A stretch of 64,000 bases of DNA from Styela clava. Taxonomy: Eukaryota. The stretch spans positions 5,394,001-5,458,000 of the forward strand of contig NC_135259.1 in assembly GCF_964204865.1 (NCBI RefSeq), written 5' to 3'. The notes below the pieces were generated by a model. It worked only from the letters and a program-made list of their open reading frames with translations. It ran no database searches and was not told the origin of the DNA. This document shows positions 1 through 15,248 of the stretch, piece by piece. Every line of letters begins with the position of its first letter. The stretch's first letter is position 1. Position numbers and translations under genes: made by a program.

Positions 1-3000
1 TATAATTTCTCTTATATACGTCATCGAGCAGGTTGGAGATTTGAATAAATCATCGTTGCACTCAGCACGAGAAAGAAGTATAATGAACAGCTTTCAAATT
101 AGTTAAAATTAAATTAAATTACTTTCAAATTAGAAAACACTCCGTCCGGAAAAATTCGGGTTTTGTTTAGAGTGATTGAATTTATGCATTACTTGTAATG
201 GAATAAGAAAATGACTATTCTTCGTTAAATTTTAAACTATTTTTCTGTCCTTTATCTCTCTTTGAACTAAGAAGTGATATGCTTCGCATCATTACTCTCT
301 CGTTATGATGAATTGGGTCTATTAAGTATATGGTGAATATTATTACAATAAAGTTCCTATTTTTACACATTCATCACCCATGTGGTTTAAAATTGATGGG
401 TATTGCAAGCTAAGATGAAATGAAAGTTTTCGGAGAGTTTAGATAGCACCAACAATTGCAATGAATAATTAACGAACATATTCATTCGCCTATAGCCAAA
501 TTTGACTTTTATTGTTTTTCAAACTAAATTGCTATGTTAATTTCAAATCTACTATGTATTATAGTATATCGTACCTAATACATAATCGCCAGCAAGCCAC
601 TTCTAATTGACTACGATTTACCACATTTGACTTCGTTCAACACAGTGGCTTCCAACCGCTAGTTCTTTTTAATTGTAAATGGCTCAGCACACATATACCT
701 TAACGCAGAACTAAAGCGATTAACAAACAGTAAACCATCCAGCATATTGTGAACACACCATACATTTACATTGTCAGGTGTTCCGTGCAAAATAAGTGGC
801 CATAAAAACCGCGAAATAAATATTGAACTATTGTGTCACGATGGCACATTCCGCGCCTAGTCATACTCGTTCAAAGATTAGAAGTTTGTCAAATCAACTT
901 CGGTCTTCAATGTGACGTTACAAAATAAATGGCAAACGGGGTGGAATCAACATGAATTTTAGAGGACATATGGTAACATTTCAGAATTGGATTATATTTC
1001 AATCACCAATAAAGCAACGCTTTTGAATATCAAGATTAAAGTCAGCGCAGTGCGATTACCTTGCAGTGAATTCTGATTTAGTGTGAGCTATTGGCAGATA
1101 CGCCCCAATGTCACACTCAGTTCAAAAGTCGCAGAAATTCTGTTAAACCTGGCCTAGTTACGCAAGTCCTAACATTGTTTTACGCTACTAGTTTGTCCCG
1201 TTGGGCAGGAATATTGGAGACTGAACAATTAATATTTATGACATACTATCGGATATCTTTTATGTGGTTATTGCCATCCCATAAAATGATATTTCAAGGT
1301 TGAACATAGCGTGACCATTATTTGTCACCGTGTCATTTATTTTTAAATAAGTTTTATGTTCTCTATTTATGACTTTTGAGGTTGAACATATTAAATATCC
1401 GGATATGAATATGTTGACTGGTTTACAATATTGATATGCGCGTACCATATTATGGTCCAGCAGCAATATGCATCACTATGTAACGCTTCTACGAGTAACT
1501 TTCTTGCTTATTATAGATCCTACTGATGAAATATGCGACAAAATATGAAAATCAACACCTTTTTATTCCTCCATATAGCAATAGAATAACAAATATAATA
1601 CGAACATTGCAATTATGTCACCCCCCTTTCAGCTGATCTTCATTGGGTATGAACTTACGGTATATAGGTTTTTGCAATCTGCTAAAAATACCAATTGAAT
1701 CTCTACGATATGCTATATTAAAGGGTTAAGCCAAGGATTTCAAATAAGCTCGAGTTTAGTTCAAACTAAGTGTACATGATCCACTGCTACATAACTTTGA
1801 CAGGCAGATGGATAAAAGATTTACCTCGGCTAGATGCGGTTAAGATTGAATTTGTAATTGAGATTGATCTTTGACCCGTGACTTATCATCTTGACCTGGT
1901 TACTTTTTAACATGCCGAGATAAGTTATCTTCAAAATTTTTCTTGAAAAGTGTTATAAATAAGCGATAGTATTTCAAACATACTTTCAATTTGAAACCAA
2001 ATGCTTTCGAAACGTCTGTCCATCATGAAAAAAGTGTAAATTTTTAAATACAATGACTTTCTCATACTGTTAAGTTTACGTATTACGCTGAAATATGCAA
2101 CGTACCTTACACTTCCTTCCATTTTAATTTTACCATAAATTTCAATTTTACCATCTAAAAAGTTTTTATAACTATTGTGCAAGATTTATTATTGTAAATA
2201 ATTACTGTATTTTAGTATCTTTTTCTATAAAAAAAAAATTTCTGAAAATATGCACTCTCACCGTTCCTCACTGTTACAATACCTCAATTTATTTAAATCC
2301 TATCGACCATCAGCTGAATACAGTTGTTATTTGATCAGTACAATCGCCCACCTAAATCCGTCAACTGACAACTATTATTCAAGGCTTACCCCTTTTATCC
2401 GAAAAATAACACTTAGTTTTTGACAGGTCGCGAACAAAAGTGGGGCCATTCTTCATTATATCCAATTATCACGACGTTTTGTCCCAATTCTACGCTAAAA
2501 ATAATATTGCAAAATAAGTTGAATTTTCAGGTAATTGATGCATTTTCATACCAAAAATTAGATCAATTTCCCAACAAGCCTTGTAGTTAATAGCTATACT
2601 GTATTTACACTCAATTTTTAAATGAAATAGATATCAAAAATATTTGAAAGTTGCTATCACTTTTACTGATTCCGCATATCATGGATACGACAAATAAATT
2701 TTGGAAAAAGAACGGATACCTGTCTATTTGCTTACCATGCAATCAAACCCTGTTCTATTGTTACAAGAAGTCGATTCACTACAATACTAGGTGCATATTA
2801 TATGTTAAGAGATTATCCAATATTACAGTTTCAGAATATTATAATACATATTTTTTTTATGAGAATATGATCTACCTATAAGATTTTATTAAAAGTTGGA
2901 GCAATTGAATTTGCTGAGATAAACCATTATATCATAATACTAATTGTCCTCCGCCAATCTTATGCCATTAGATATCACTGTTTAAAAAAATCTCAAAACC

Positions 3001-3539
3001 TTTTTTCGATTAGTCAAGTTTGGCGTTTCTTTCCTGCATATGTATTTCTTATTTGCCGACGACAAAGCATGATGGGTGGTCTATATATATATCTATCAAA
3101 AGATTCAAAGCAATCACTTTCATTTCAACATTACATCATGCATGCATAATAGGTATCAGAACTGACTATAACACTTCATGCCTAATTTTCTCGTTTTTGT
3201 TTACACAACATCGACCTTTAAAAATTTTTTATTACCGGTATTTCTGTTCTGTGTATAATTGTGCAGTTTTAAACTAATAATCACATTGGAAAAATTTTAT
3301 AAATTGATTTGAAACTTACTCTTTGTAATAGACTTTATCTGTTTAGAGTCAGACAATTATATCGTTATAATGACTCCAATTGTTGCATTAGGCTGTTTAT
3401 TATAAAAACGTTTGCCAAGCTGTTAAGCCTCTTTTTTACAACTTCCTCTCTATAATCTGTTTTCTCAGCTACCGTTATTTGGCATCCCCTGTAATAAATC
3501 CATCAGTATGAATAAAAAACTCCGAGTGGATTCCGAATG

Positions 3540-5247
3540 TCGTGTTTTATCAATTCTATCAAGGAATGGACACAGAAGTATTTTTTATAGACACTGGTCA
3601 ATCAAAAGCTGCCTGCTCAATTTGTAATGAAACGTGTGCGGTGTTCAAAGAATATAATATGAAGAGACATTTTGTGGAGAAAATTTGACTTTGGCCAACA
3701 ATATCCGTCACAAAAACTGAAAATCGAGAAAGCAGATATGGTTGAAGAGCCGAAACGCAAACAGCGTTTTCATCTACCCATGCACAATCTGTGAAAGACT
3801 GCTCAGTTGACGCTATCAGCATTTTGTGTCCAGAAGTGAAGTCAAGAATCGAGCAATTCCCATGTCAAGGACAACTACCGTTTGTAGAATAGAAGCCATT
3901 GCTATCAACTTGCGAGAAAATCCGTTTATTACTGCAAATACATTCAAATGTTCCTCAATCTCTCCCTACGAAAGTACAGATGTATTTGACACAGCGCAGT
4001 CGCTGATTTTTATCGGGAATTGACGAACATTTTGCATAACAGAAGAATCGCTGTCCACGGAGAGTCGAAAAGGCACCGACTACCACAGAGTAAGATATAT
4101 TCGACAGTGTTATGCACGCTTTAGAAAAGTTCCAGTTATGCCTTGGTAAGGTCGTGAGTATAACAACAGATGGTGCGCCTTCATTGCGGGAGTTATCTGA
4201 ACTTATCAAAAGAATAAATGACAAGATTCAAGCTGATTACTCACTTCATAAAAGTCTATCATTTCACTGTATAATACATCAGGGAGGTCTTGCCAAGTCC
4301 TGGTTAGATTTCAAACATGTTATGACTCAAGTAGTACAAGCTTACGATTTCTCCGACCGTGTTAAAAAGAGTTTGGGAACTCAATAAAGAGATTGTCGTG
4401 TTTTTTTAATAAAAGATGTAGTCTCTGACTACTCTATCAAAGCACAGAATACAGAATGGATGTTTGATTTTCCATTTGCTACGGGTATTATGCAAAATAT
4501 GAATGAACTCAATAAAAAACTCCGAGGAAAAGGAGTGTTTGCTCAGGTTTTACATTTGGAGGTTAAATCATTTTAAGCAAAGTTAAAACTTCTTGCAAAA
4601 CAAATATCCAATGAAAGGTTTGCGCACTTTCCTCTCTTGAAAAGTCTGTTGACGTTATATCTGCAATAAAGTACATTGAACTTATCACAGGTCTGAGAGA
4701 AGAATTTTCCAGAAGATTTTCTGTTTTTAATGCTATGGAGCATGAATTTGATTTACGGAAGTTTTTATTATCATATGATGTTGAAACAGTTGCTGATGAG
4801 TTACCGGTGAAAGTCGTAGATCTCCAAACTGGCAATGCTTCGAAGAGCAATTTTGAAGCGGAATCTTTGATTGAGTTTTATGAATCGTTTCATCCAGGAA
4901 AATTTAAAAATGTGGAAGATTTTGCAAGAAAAATGTTTGTGATGTTTGCATCAACATAAATATGTTTCAAACTTTCACAAATATGGAATAAACGAAAGCA
5001 AAAACAGACTTCTTTTAACGAATTCAAACCCACAAGCTGTCTTAAGAATCAGCACAAGCAGCTTTGTGACTGAATCAAACAAGATTTTGGACGCATGTAG
5101 TAGACTACATCAGTCCCATTAATCATTGTGTCTGGGTATTTGCAAATTAACAGTTTTTTTATTCATATTGAGTATTGAGTCTTCGATCCAGTAACCAAGT
5201 CTGTCTGTTATTCGTACCTGGCCCACTCAGGAAATTGCCCACCCCTG
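3540..5247 (+). mobile_element. Decayed hAT DNA transposon (Buster/SPIN/GTF2IRD2-like transposase pseudogene)
   Basis: Frameshifted fragments read EWTQKYF..KAACSICNETCAVFKEYNMKRHF (zf-BED-like, ~3563-3672), SITTDGAPS and FHCIIHQ (ORF 4112-4387; catalytic D region and CxxH), and FARKMFVMFAST (ORF 4735-4959; dimerisation region). The element ends in a hAT-type terminus TTGCCCACCCCTG at 5235-5247. There are many stops and frameshifts, and no left TIR was found. Confidence 0.88.
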
Positions 5248-6125
5248 GTCTCGTGCAATAAATAAATACAAGGCGACAATATCACACAAATGCGGGGGTC
5301 ACACGGTCAAACATTGTTGTATCTCTGTCATAGGGTGAACTGAAATTATTTTCAGTTGTACGACATCTTGCGGTCATGACGGTTGCGACTTTGTTGCAGA
5401 ACATCACTCATGTAGTGTAGCGAGTATTGCAGCTCTTGGTGAATATTGCAAGCCGTGAGATCATGACATTTTGTAAATGAATTGCAAAAGACAAATCGAA
5501 ATCGAAATTCACACAAATTGGTTTCCCGAAGTTAAACAATTCTTCAATATTATCTTAGAAAGGCTATTACACTATTTAAATAAGAATATTTTGTGTGAAT
5601 CGAACATTAAAATGAGTTAAATAAATCTATAAATCTAGTCGTATTGAGATCTCTAAATGTTTCAATTCGACTATGACAATTCTCTCTGATCTGGCACTGA
5701 CACATTAAGCTTAATCGAATCGATTAAAAAATGATTACATAAACATATTATGTGATACAAGAAGACCACTTTTTCATATACACTTTATTACATTTACATA
5801 CATGAGAAATGAAATTGCGTGGGGTATATTAGTATACTAAGCCAATTTATGTAAGAAAATTTGTCAAACAGTAGCAAAAATAGTTTTCTGTTGGTGTTAT
5901 CACGATTACAGAAAACAAGAACTAGTAAAGTTTATCACATATTCATATATATATATATTGATAGATAAGGTCTTAGAATTGCATTAAAATGCTCATCTGA
6001 TTTAATACAACGCATGTTTTATTTTTTGAAAAAGGGAAACACTAAGTACTTTTTATCATTAATTTGTACAAGGAAAACAGGTTACAGTTCGTTTTATTCA
6101 TATTGGTTGGCAACGATCAATTGTG

Positions 6126-9100
6126 TTACTGATTTTTCTTCATAGGAAGCAAAGTTTCAACTTCCTTCATCAAGCGAAGACAAACTTCCTCTTTGAATGG
6201 ATAACTTGCGCATTGCACTCCAATGGGCATGTTGATGCTCTGTAGTGTTGCCTGTTAAACATACATTTAGTTGACTGACAAAACAGAAAATACGCGCTAG
6301 AATTCATATTATACGAAGTCGTCCTCATTATGCTGAAAGGCAGAGGTAGGACGCTGGTTAATTGATTAAATCCTGGCAAAACAATTTGGGGCTTTTTTGG
6401 CGTATATATTGACAAATAAAAGTTTAGGCATTATTATCTCTATGGCCTACCTAGAAGTTGTTTGTAAACCCTAACGTTTGGAGCGATTGTGTGAAACCTA
6501 ATGCTTTTAAAACCCTACACGAATATTTGAAACGAACCAATACCTTTAATTGGGTATTATTTTGACAAAACCTACATATTTGCTACAGGTGCACAAAAAT
6601 ATCACAGAATTGACGTAAATTTGATTTGCATCATATCTAAATTTATATATATATTGCAGTTTGAGCGTCTATGACCAGAATTGTACATGACGACTGATTA
6701 AACAACCGTTTTCGTAAAAAAAAACTGACAAGCACGGGAATAAATATTTGAACGTTCCAGATGCATAAACATTTTTCATGGAGGAGGCGTAATACTCATT
6801 CGGCACTCTTTCATACACTTATTCGAACTAGATTTCTAACATTGAACCCACGCGGGTTTATTAACGTTACATCGGAAAAAGTCTTTTTTTTTGTTATTAA
6901 CTTCGATCGTCAACCGTTAAGCCTATAAAATAATTAGAACTATGTTCAATCAAATGAATTAAATTTACTAAAATTATAAATCAAAACCTTTTTATTATGT
7001 TCATCCCAATCGTCTCCATAATGACCTTGAAAGTCCTTGAGGTCGTCAATATCTTTCTGCGTAACTTTTGATACAGGAACTGTTCCTGCCGGTCCGTTTA
7101 CAGTGTTGAACAAAACGGTGTAAGTCATCAATCCTACGATTGAGTGAAAAAAAAATACAAGTATACCCTAACAGCCTAACAACCTACCTCAGGCTGGTTT
7201 TATACGTATGCATATAATGCAAGGATGTTGTGGTTAGAATACAGAAAACTATTCTATGTGATTCAAGAGTTGAGTTGCACAATAATACTGATGTATTTCT
7301 GTAAGGTTTTTTCATGATAAATAGTATCTTCTATAGCTATATATAGTTGAAATATGCTCATCTGAAAAAGTCTGACCTTAGTCAGATAAAACTTTATAGT
7401 AATACATTTGTGTTAATGTGCAGCAAGTCTCACGTGGATTTATTTTATGTCAGGGTATTTTGACTAAAAGTATAAATAGGTTCTAATTCAAAAGGCTTTT
7501 TTGTCGTTGTTTTTGTTGTTGAAAAAAATATTTAATTTAAAAATAAACTTCAATTTTAAATAATGCTTCAATATAGTTTCTTTAAATGTATACATAGTTT
7601 ACAAACATCTCTACGTTTGACATTGTGGCAAATAATTTATTTTATAAAATGTTGCCTGTCATTTTGAATTGACTGCTTTGTTATCTAACATACCTGTTGT
7701 GTTTACGAGGTTTCCTTTTTTGCAGGCAACCAGGGGATAAGTGGGGCATATCACAGCATCGATTTTGTATTTTTCTCTCCATTCGGACCAAAACTTAGCT
7801 TTGTACATTTCTATTTTCATGCGAACTTGCCATAAATTGTATGTGCTTGTGTCTCCTCCTCCACCGTAAGCCATGAGATCTTTAGCCATTCTTGGGGACT
7901 GAAGAAAATTTTGTGATTACTGCTTAAATCAGTAGTTCCCAAAGTTGATTTACCGGGCCAAAATTAAAAGCGGTTGAATATTCGCGGGTCAGGAGTGGGG
8001 AGCGACCACAAGGACCAATCGTTATACGAATATGCACGTGCTTTAACTGTGATAATGACGTAACAGAGTAAAACATAGTGTAGAACTATTTTAGTCAAGT
8101 TTTGCGGGCCATATTGAATCGTTACGCGGGCCGTAAGGGGCCCGCGGTTTGGAAACCACGGGCTTAAATGGACGTTTTTGGTCATTACATAACGTTTTTC
8201 ATCCTTTAGAACGTTACTTTGATAAGTTTATCATTATGACAGTCGCCTATATACGTTTTCCGTAGTTTGCGGTTAACTGAATTTACTTGGTGGTACCTTG
8301 CGACATTTCACTTCTCCGTGAAATCGGCACGGATATAAGAAATAATCAAGTTCGACTATAATCGTTTGTCCTTTTTCCAATGAATTGTCAAACAGTAACA
8401 TTAAAGAGCAAAGAGCTGTCTTTTCAAAAAAAGGGATAAAATCAGTTTGGGGTCAGAACATCCATACAGAAAAAGTGTCGTTATAATTAGGAAATTTTAC
8501 ATTGATTTTTATTCTATATATTCTAATAATATTTATTAATAGTTTATTTTCACAAACTTTCAGGCTCAGAAGGAAAGCATAGATTTTTCTGACTATCCAT
8601 GGCATTGTCCATCTGGTATACAAATGCATCAAACAATCATCAACAATATCATCTTTGAGCAATCTAACGCATGTTTCCCCGCTATCAGCAAATACAGCTA
8701 CGAAAAATTAAAATGTAAATGAGTCTGGCCCGGTGGGAAAATAGTTTATATTTTAGTTCAATGGTAATCAGAGACATTTTGTGATTTACTTTCACACATT
8801 TTGAGAAATAGTCGAAATCAGGATGTCGTGATGCATGTTATTTTGTAGGTCACAATGTGAATACATCTTGTCATTTTTCTAAAATTTCAAGACTTAACTT
8901 AACACTACAGCTTTTACTGCATGTTAATAAGAAATGAATATTACATTTGCAATGGTTACAAATGCATTTAAAGCGGTAGTATATATTGCAAACCCGTTGA
9001 AGCAGCATCCATAATGTCTTCAATATCTGGTACCGTATATGAAACCAAGGTGTGCCCGGCTTTCTCCAGTGCCTCTTTAGCCATTTTCACGACTCTTTGA

Positions 9101-12100
9101 CAAGCAGGCACTGGTTTTACATAACCATTGTCATAGAAATATCCAATCCTCAAAGGTTTTTTATTGTTGTACATCTTCAAATAGAAAGTAAATTTATCTG
9201 TTTAGTTGTACAAGAGGTACAAGAATGTTGTATTTCAGATTGGATTAGAAAATTAATATACAAAGTAGGATTCAAATTAAAATTTAATCACCTCGTCTCG
9301 AAATTTTACAGGGATAACATGGGGGTCCAACTCAAACATTTTATCGCAGCACAGTGCTCGCATCGCCATCACAATTGTGTCAACATCACGTGCCATTGGT
9401 CCCACGGTGGCAGTGACTGATGTCATGCAATAAGGAGCTGAACGAACACAAGGGAATAGTAACAAGCTTAGATGGTAAATTCCAAAATAGAAATGTCTCA
9501 TCTTTCCAGGAATTTTGTGTGTTTACCGAGGAATTGTCTTGGGACGTCAGTAAGACACTATATTGTGTGAAGTTGTAAATAACTGTCGTTTATACTTTAT
9601 ACGACACAGTTGAGCATTGAATTCGCCTACCTCAGAAGATACGCGAATTTGTGTGTACTGCTGGGGGAAACAATACATGCATGAACCTTTTATAAGAAAA
9701 TTTGTCAAATACAACGCAGCATGCATTCACTAAAAATATAAGAGATTGATCTCTGAGCTAAGTTACCGGCGGCCACCAAAATGTCAATAGCTACAAAGAC
9801 TATAAATTGATTATAATTGATTGATTGAGTTTAGAATTGCTCGTCAGTAAATACCGATTGACGCTAGAAGTCTGGTTGGTAGACTGGCAGTAATGGAGTG
9901 ACAACTCCCAACCAACAAAGTTTGACGACATAAAACTTTTTTCGAAGACGTTCCGAAAGTTCAGAAGAAAACGGTACATATTAATATCTCTGGAATAAGC
10001 ACAGCGGCGCAACATTTCTTCATTAGGATAACCTCGCCTAACAAAATCACTTACGAACAAGTCCCGAATGACTTAAACGATTCAATGTAGGCTTGAATCC
10101 ACATATTCCACACAAATGAGATGGTCCTCGAATACTTCCACCAGTATCAGTACCAAAGCCAAGTACTGAAGCTCCGGAACCAACTATGCTTCCTTCTCCC
10201 GATGACGAACCACCTGGACCAAAATCTGGGTTTCGAGGATTGGACGTTTCCCCAAAAATTGGGTTACTGCTTTCGAAACTGTGAAATTACTAATTTATAA
10301 TTATTAAAGTTACACTTCTAGTGTATTTCACATGTTACAAAACGGCTATTTGTGGCAACGTCAGATTTTAAAAATGTGACATGTTACAAAAGACGGAAAC
10401 CATGAGAAATTAATGGAAAATTTTGTTACTTTCACGTAGAGCTTAGTATAAAATTGTTTGTGTGTATTTGTTAGCATAGCATTCAAATGTAACGTTTAGT
10501 AGTTGAATTACCGAAATCCTCTTGGACAAAAAATAAATTTCTATGATATTGGATTAAATTTTATTAGAGGAATTTATTTTGAAGATTTAGTCATATGTCT
10601 GTTTTTTTTTTATTGCGACACGATAATAAGTTTTGTATGGGTACTTATTGCCTGTTAAAGTGAGGAAAAATGTGGTATCTCAACTAATTATAAGTTTTTT
10701 AGATAATTGTAGTGTTTTTACTTTCAAGATTATTTAATGTTATATAATTATCGCACTATACCTCAAAATCATCTGTGAAAAATTTGTTTTTGCGAATGGT
10801 ACAGCTCCACAATGTTTCAACACTTGCGCCAATACACAATCACTTGTGGCAATATTGTCTAAGTATGATGCAATTCCAACAGTACTTGGAGCTCCCTGTA
10901 ATTTAAATAAGTAACGTAAATTACGCACACTTCTTACCCAAACAATTCTTTCCCATTGAAATGTTACTTGTTTTTATTTATGCTTTGAAGTACTTCTTGC
11001 CTGTAACATTTGTTGATTCGCTTTGTCCTATTGCTCATGGACACCACTTCAGCTAAGTATGGACAATTAGGGCAGCTCTTGAATGTGCAAAAAGTACAAA
11101 TCGAATGTCTTCATATTAGGGCAAAACACACCAATCAATTTTTTTATACAAACGAATCCGTCGTTTCTCTAGTCATGCTAAACGTTCACGCACGAATGAA
11201 GATGTAGAGTGGATATGTGACAGCCTTCGAAGTTATTGTATTGAAACTTGGCTTGTACACTCTAATATGATAGTTTAACATTTGTGAATGGATCAAAACG
11301 TGTTGAGTACATATAGCAGTAATATTTTTGTACCTTCGTTTCAAGGCATTCCTTAATGCTCACAGGAAGTCCATACAAAGGCAAATCAGTTGCATTTTTT
11401 GCTTCCTGTTTCTCTGCAGTTTCAGCATAATCTTTTATTATTTCAGTGATGCAATTCAGTTTTTTGGTAACTTTACATGCCTGCAAAATATTACAAAACG
11501 AAAAATCATTCATATTTTCGAAAATTTTAGGTAATAGAACTAAAATGAAATGTTGTCAAATCACTTTGAAAGTATTTATCATGAAAAAAATATAATTACT
11601 TACATTGTAAACATAAATTTTTGTTGCCAGACTAGGACTCAATTGCTTTCCTTTAATTTCGTCTACAAGTTGGGGTCCATTCAAACTGAGCACAGATTTA
11701 ACTTTTTCTTCGCTCTGGAAAATTGGCAAACAATAGTAAATGTGTGTCAATTACCGATATTATACTCAATGGTTATGTAGAGCCAACCTTATCTATATAT
11801 CCTAAATTTGCCTTAGTGTTTATTGTTTAATTTCAAAAACAATGTAGAATATTTGTACAATTCATCGCCAGATCACGCCGTCGGCAGTGAATAAGAGGCT
11901 TCATTTGCGATTATGCGGGAAACATCAATTTTATTTTTTCGCACAATATCGCATTGACTTGAACAAAAGTCCTGGTGTAATCATTATTCTTAATTTTACT
12001 ACATATAGGAAAACTGTAATTGTTCAGAGAATGATATAAGTTTTTAGCTAAGCCAACTCAAATAGCACGCAACTTATGAGACAGGGTGAACGTGTTGCAA

Positions 12101-12596
12101 ATGGTGATATCATTATTGATTATTTCATTCACATTTTAGTTTAGAGTCTAAACTTTTATAGATTAATGGGACTAGATATTTTCTCGTATGCGGTGCGTTA
12201 CAAAGATGCCATAATGCATTGGGATAATCGTGGCTGTTCAAAACAAGTACCCATGCACGCTTTTCATATGGAATCGAATCTCGTTTTGAAATATATCTGT
12301 CAGCTATCATGCAATATTACAGTGTATCGTGACATAGTAAAGTTGGTGCAAATAGTTGAATGAATGCGACGAACGACGAAAGCGGCACAGAGGTCAAAAC
12401 TCACCAGCTCTTTACAAAGCGTGCCCAGTTGTCGCTGAATAAATTCTTGCTCTTTCTCTCGTTTTTTGTTTGCTTTATCTCGAAGAGTTTTTGATCTTCC
12501 AATATGAGCAACGTACTGAAGTAGCTTGGCGCATATTAGCACTACTAATGCCAGCAACATACAAGGCACACATTGAGATGGTATTTCAAAAATCAT
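6126..12596 (-). CDS. FAAH: Fatty-acid amide hydrolase-like amidase, copy A (11 exons, 583 aa)
   Basis: Exons: 12596-12405, 11714-11604, 11480-11334, 10895-10762, 10278-10055, 9437-9292, 9174-8994, 8697-8558, 7898-7694, 7133-6988, 6251-6126. All introns are GT-AG and the exons sum to 1752 nt in frame. The protein has an N-terminal hydrophobic anchor, the amidase-signature motifs PVSIKEC (Lys), GPGGSSSGEG (cis-Ser), GTDTGGSIR (nucleophile Ser) and GPMARDVD, and C-terminal MPIGVQC..EEVCLRLMKEVE. Confidence 0.93.
7930..8161. mobile_element. Non-autonomous hAT MITE in a FAAH-A intron
   Basis: Imperfect TIRs CAGTAGTTCCCAAA / TTTGGAAACCACGG, flanked by an exact 8-bp duplication GCTTAAAT (7922-7929 and 8162-8169). 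Confidence 0.85.
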
Positions 12597-13183
12597 TTTC
12601 GTATTATTCCTATTAAAATAGAAGACGGTTCAATAAAAAGTTATATTGAATTGTAAACGGCAGACATTGCTGCACCGGAGCACGCTCCAAATTGAAATCC
12701 CTACCCCCATATATATATTTATTTATAAGTAATTGTGAATAAAGTACCTGAGAGTTTTAGTTTTAGGTCAAAACTTGGATCTCAGAGATGTGTAGATCAA
12801 GCCTTTACTTGATTGAATATAAGCTCAAGCGCAACGTTGGATTTGAGGTATTACTCTCACTGTTTTTAGATTTCGCTTTTGCTGCAGTAACGCACAACTG
12901 GGCTTACCGATTAGGATTAAAACTCAGCATTCAACAAAACTTGGCTAATCTCTTCGTAAAAATAGGTAATTTTGCCGCTTAGAATTGAAAAATTCTTTAT
13001 AGTGCATCGTACTTAGTAATTATTCAACCAACTTCAACGGGAACGCGTGAGAAACAGAAAGCTGCCCTAACGAACCGTATCCGTTTTTTTGTTGTTGCAG
13101 TCCAATACACAATTTCCTGGTACTCTTTTTATTGTTACTTGTCAATAAAGAAGGTGAGTGTGCAATTCAAAGATCTACAGCCA

Positions 13184-13520
13184 AACAACGCCCCGAGCTA
13201 CGACAATTTTTGATTTTTAGGATTTCTGATGCAACAGTTGAACATCAAGACTAAGATTGTATCGTTAAAACCGCGGTGTTGTATTTCCGTTTGTCTACAA
13301 CAAAATTCCAATGAAGACTAAAATTGTATTGTTAAAAGCGCGGTGTTGTATTTCCATTTGTCTACAACAAAATTCTTCCGTCTTTGCATTTTGCATAATT
13401 AAACGAAGAAGTATTTTTTCAGAATCACAAAAGAACAGACAAAAGTATTCAACAACGCCCCGAGCTACGGCAATTTTTGATTTTTAGGATTTCTGATGCA
13501 ACAGTTGATCATGAAGACTA
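13184..13520. repeat. Local direct/tandem duplication upstream of FAAH-A
   Basis: AACAACGCCCCGAGCTAC..GATTTCTGATGCAACAGTTGA occurs at ~13184 and ~13451. AAGACTAA..GCGGTGTTGTATTTCC..GTCTACAACAAAATTC occurs twice in tandem (~13247-13308, ~13314-13375). Confidence 0.85.
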
Positions 13521-15248
13521 TTGCGCCAGTAAATTGATGTAATTATTCGAGTTTGTTGTAATTAAATTTTGTTTGAACTGTCTGAAGGAAGTTCAAGTCA
13601 GAACTGAAATGTATATTACTGGAGCTTAACAATGAAAAAGACAATAAAATATATGTTTTATTTTCTAACTGTCGGTAACAGTAGAACTTCACTTGATTAT
13701 CCTACAGCTGTTATTAAAAAACCTGGTTATTCCTTACAGAATGCTATGCAGCAATAACCCGCGGCTCTTCATAATCGGCGAACATGCCAGGAAAATGACT
13801 TTGCTAGTTCGATCAGAGACGACTTTCCAATGAATAAACAACTGACGTAACGTCGTTGGCTGTCTTGTCGAATCATTAGCGCGGAACAAGTCATACTTTT
13901 ACAAACATTTTCCATACTTCACTTGGTTTATGTCCATTTCAACAGCAAAAAATGTATAAACTACTCTGGTGGCATACTGATTTTTTCTCGTGCAGAATCT
14001 GAATTTAGAACTAACAATATAGAATTCATATTTATTCTTATTTTCATATTTCGATATATCTGCAGCAGAAATCTTAATTTTAACATTGCCGATGAGATTA
14101 GAATCGGACGATGTCGGAATACCACTACTGAATAATGAGCTAAATAGCATTACCGATAAATAATTTTTTATGCAAAAATCCTTGCGCATTGCGTCAAAGA
14201 TTATTCCATGTATAAAAGATATATGTTTTCAAATACAACACAAGCGCTGTTTCTATGAGTTTGAATATATATGTGTTAAATAAGCATATATCCTCATGTA
14301 CATGTCTCATCTGATAAACGAACCATTTGAACCAGTCAACTTTATGACGAGCCTAACTCTATTCTATTTATTTACTCTAATCAATTGCTTGAAATGTCAC
14401 ATCTTTTATGACGCTAAGCATACAATCAGGTAAAAATGTTAGCTGTTTTCAAGTTAGTTGGTTATCCACGAGCGCGGAAACGCTATCATGCAATTACATC
14501 GAATAAATTGTTCTGCAGTTGTTACAATTGAAACAATTTGACATTTTATTAACTCAACTAAACCATCAGGAAAGTATAAAAAATATTCTGTAACCATGAC
14601 GATGTTAAAATCTTCAAACGTGAAAGTACATAAGATATGCAAATGCAATCGTCAAATAAGTATTTCCCGACTCGAGAAAAAACAATATTTACGGAACGTA
14701 GTCATTTATGTTACTTCCGTATTGTGTGTACCAGGTTATTACCCATAGGTTCCAGTCTCTTTAAACGATTAATGTAAAATAGGCGAACAAAATTAGTTAC
14801 CTTCATAATGGTACACATACTTCTGGGCGCCCATTTTATAATGCAGATCAAATATGAGTGAATAGTGAAGCCAAATTCGGCGAGAGTTACCCGGTGAAAT
14901 GTGTGATCAATATGCTGTTCTGGATATGGACCACAAAAATATTTCTGAAATTTATGGAAGCGCACTCTCGAAAATAAGCCAACATGATGTTTATTCCATT
15001 TTTGCAGCAACAATTACAAGCAATTGAATGGGACACGAGTTGTATTGTGTAATTTCTTTCCACATCTTTTATTAGTACGTTAAAATTTAGTCGTCCACAT
15101 ATTCGTAACAGAACAAAACTACAGAATTCCACTTTATTCTGATATTTATAAATCCCCAATAACGAATTTCAAGTAACAGGTCATGTCTATGGCAAACATG
15201 AATCTATTTTTCCAAAAAAGATTTTCCAATCACTTCATTGCCAAGTAA

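Noticed and set aside
1560-2400. Possible minus-strand spliced unit: acceptor at ~1683 followed by RLQKPIYRKFIPNEDQLKGG* and AATAAA, with donor-like sites near 1826, 2261 and 2389
   Set aside because: The nearest upstream candidate exon has stops in all frames and there is no recognisable homology. It could be non-coding or chance and cannot be supported without transcripts.
9526-9558. Splice-site-flanked segment in FAAH-A intron 5
   Set aside because: It would introduce a stop and frameshift. The flanking exons join in frame directly and match copy B.
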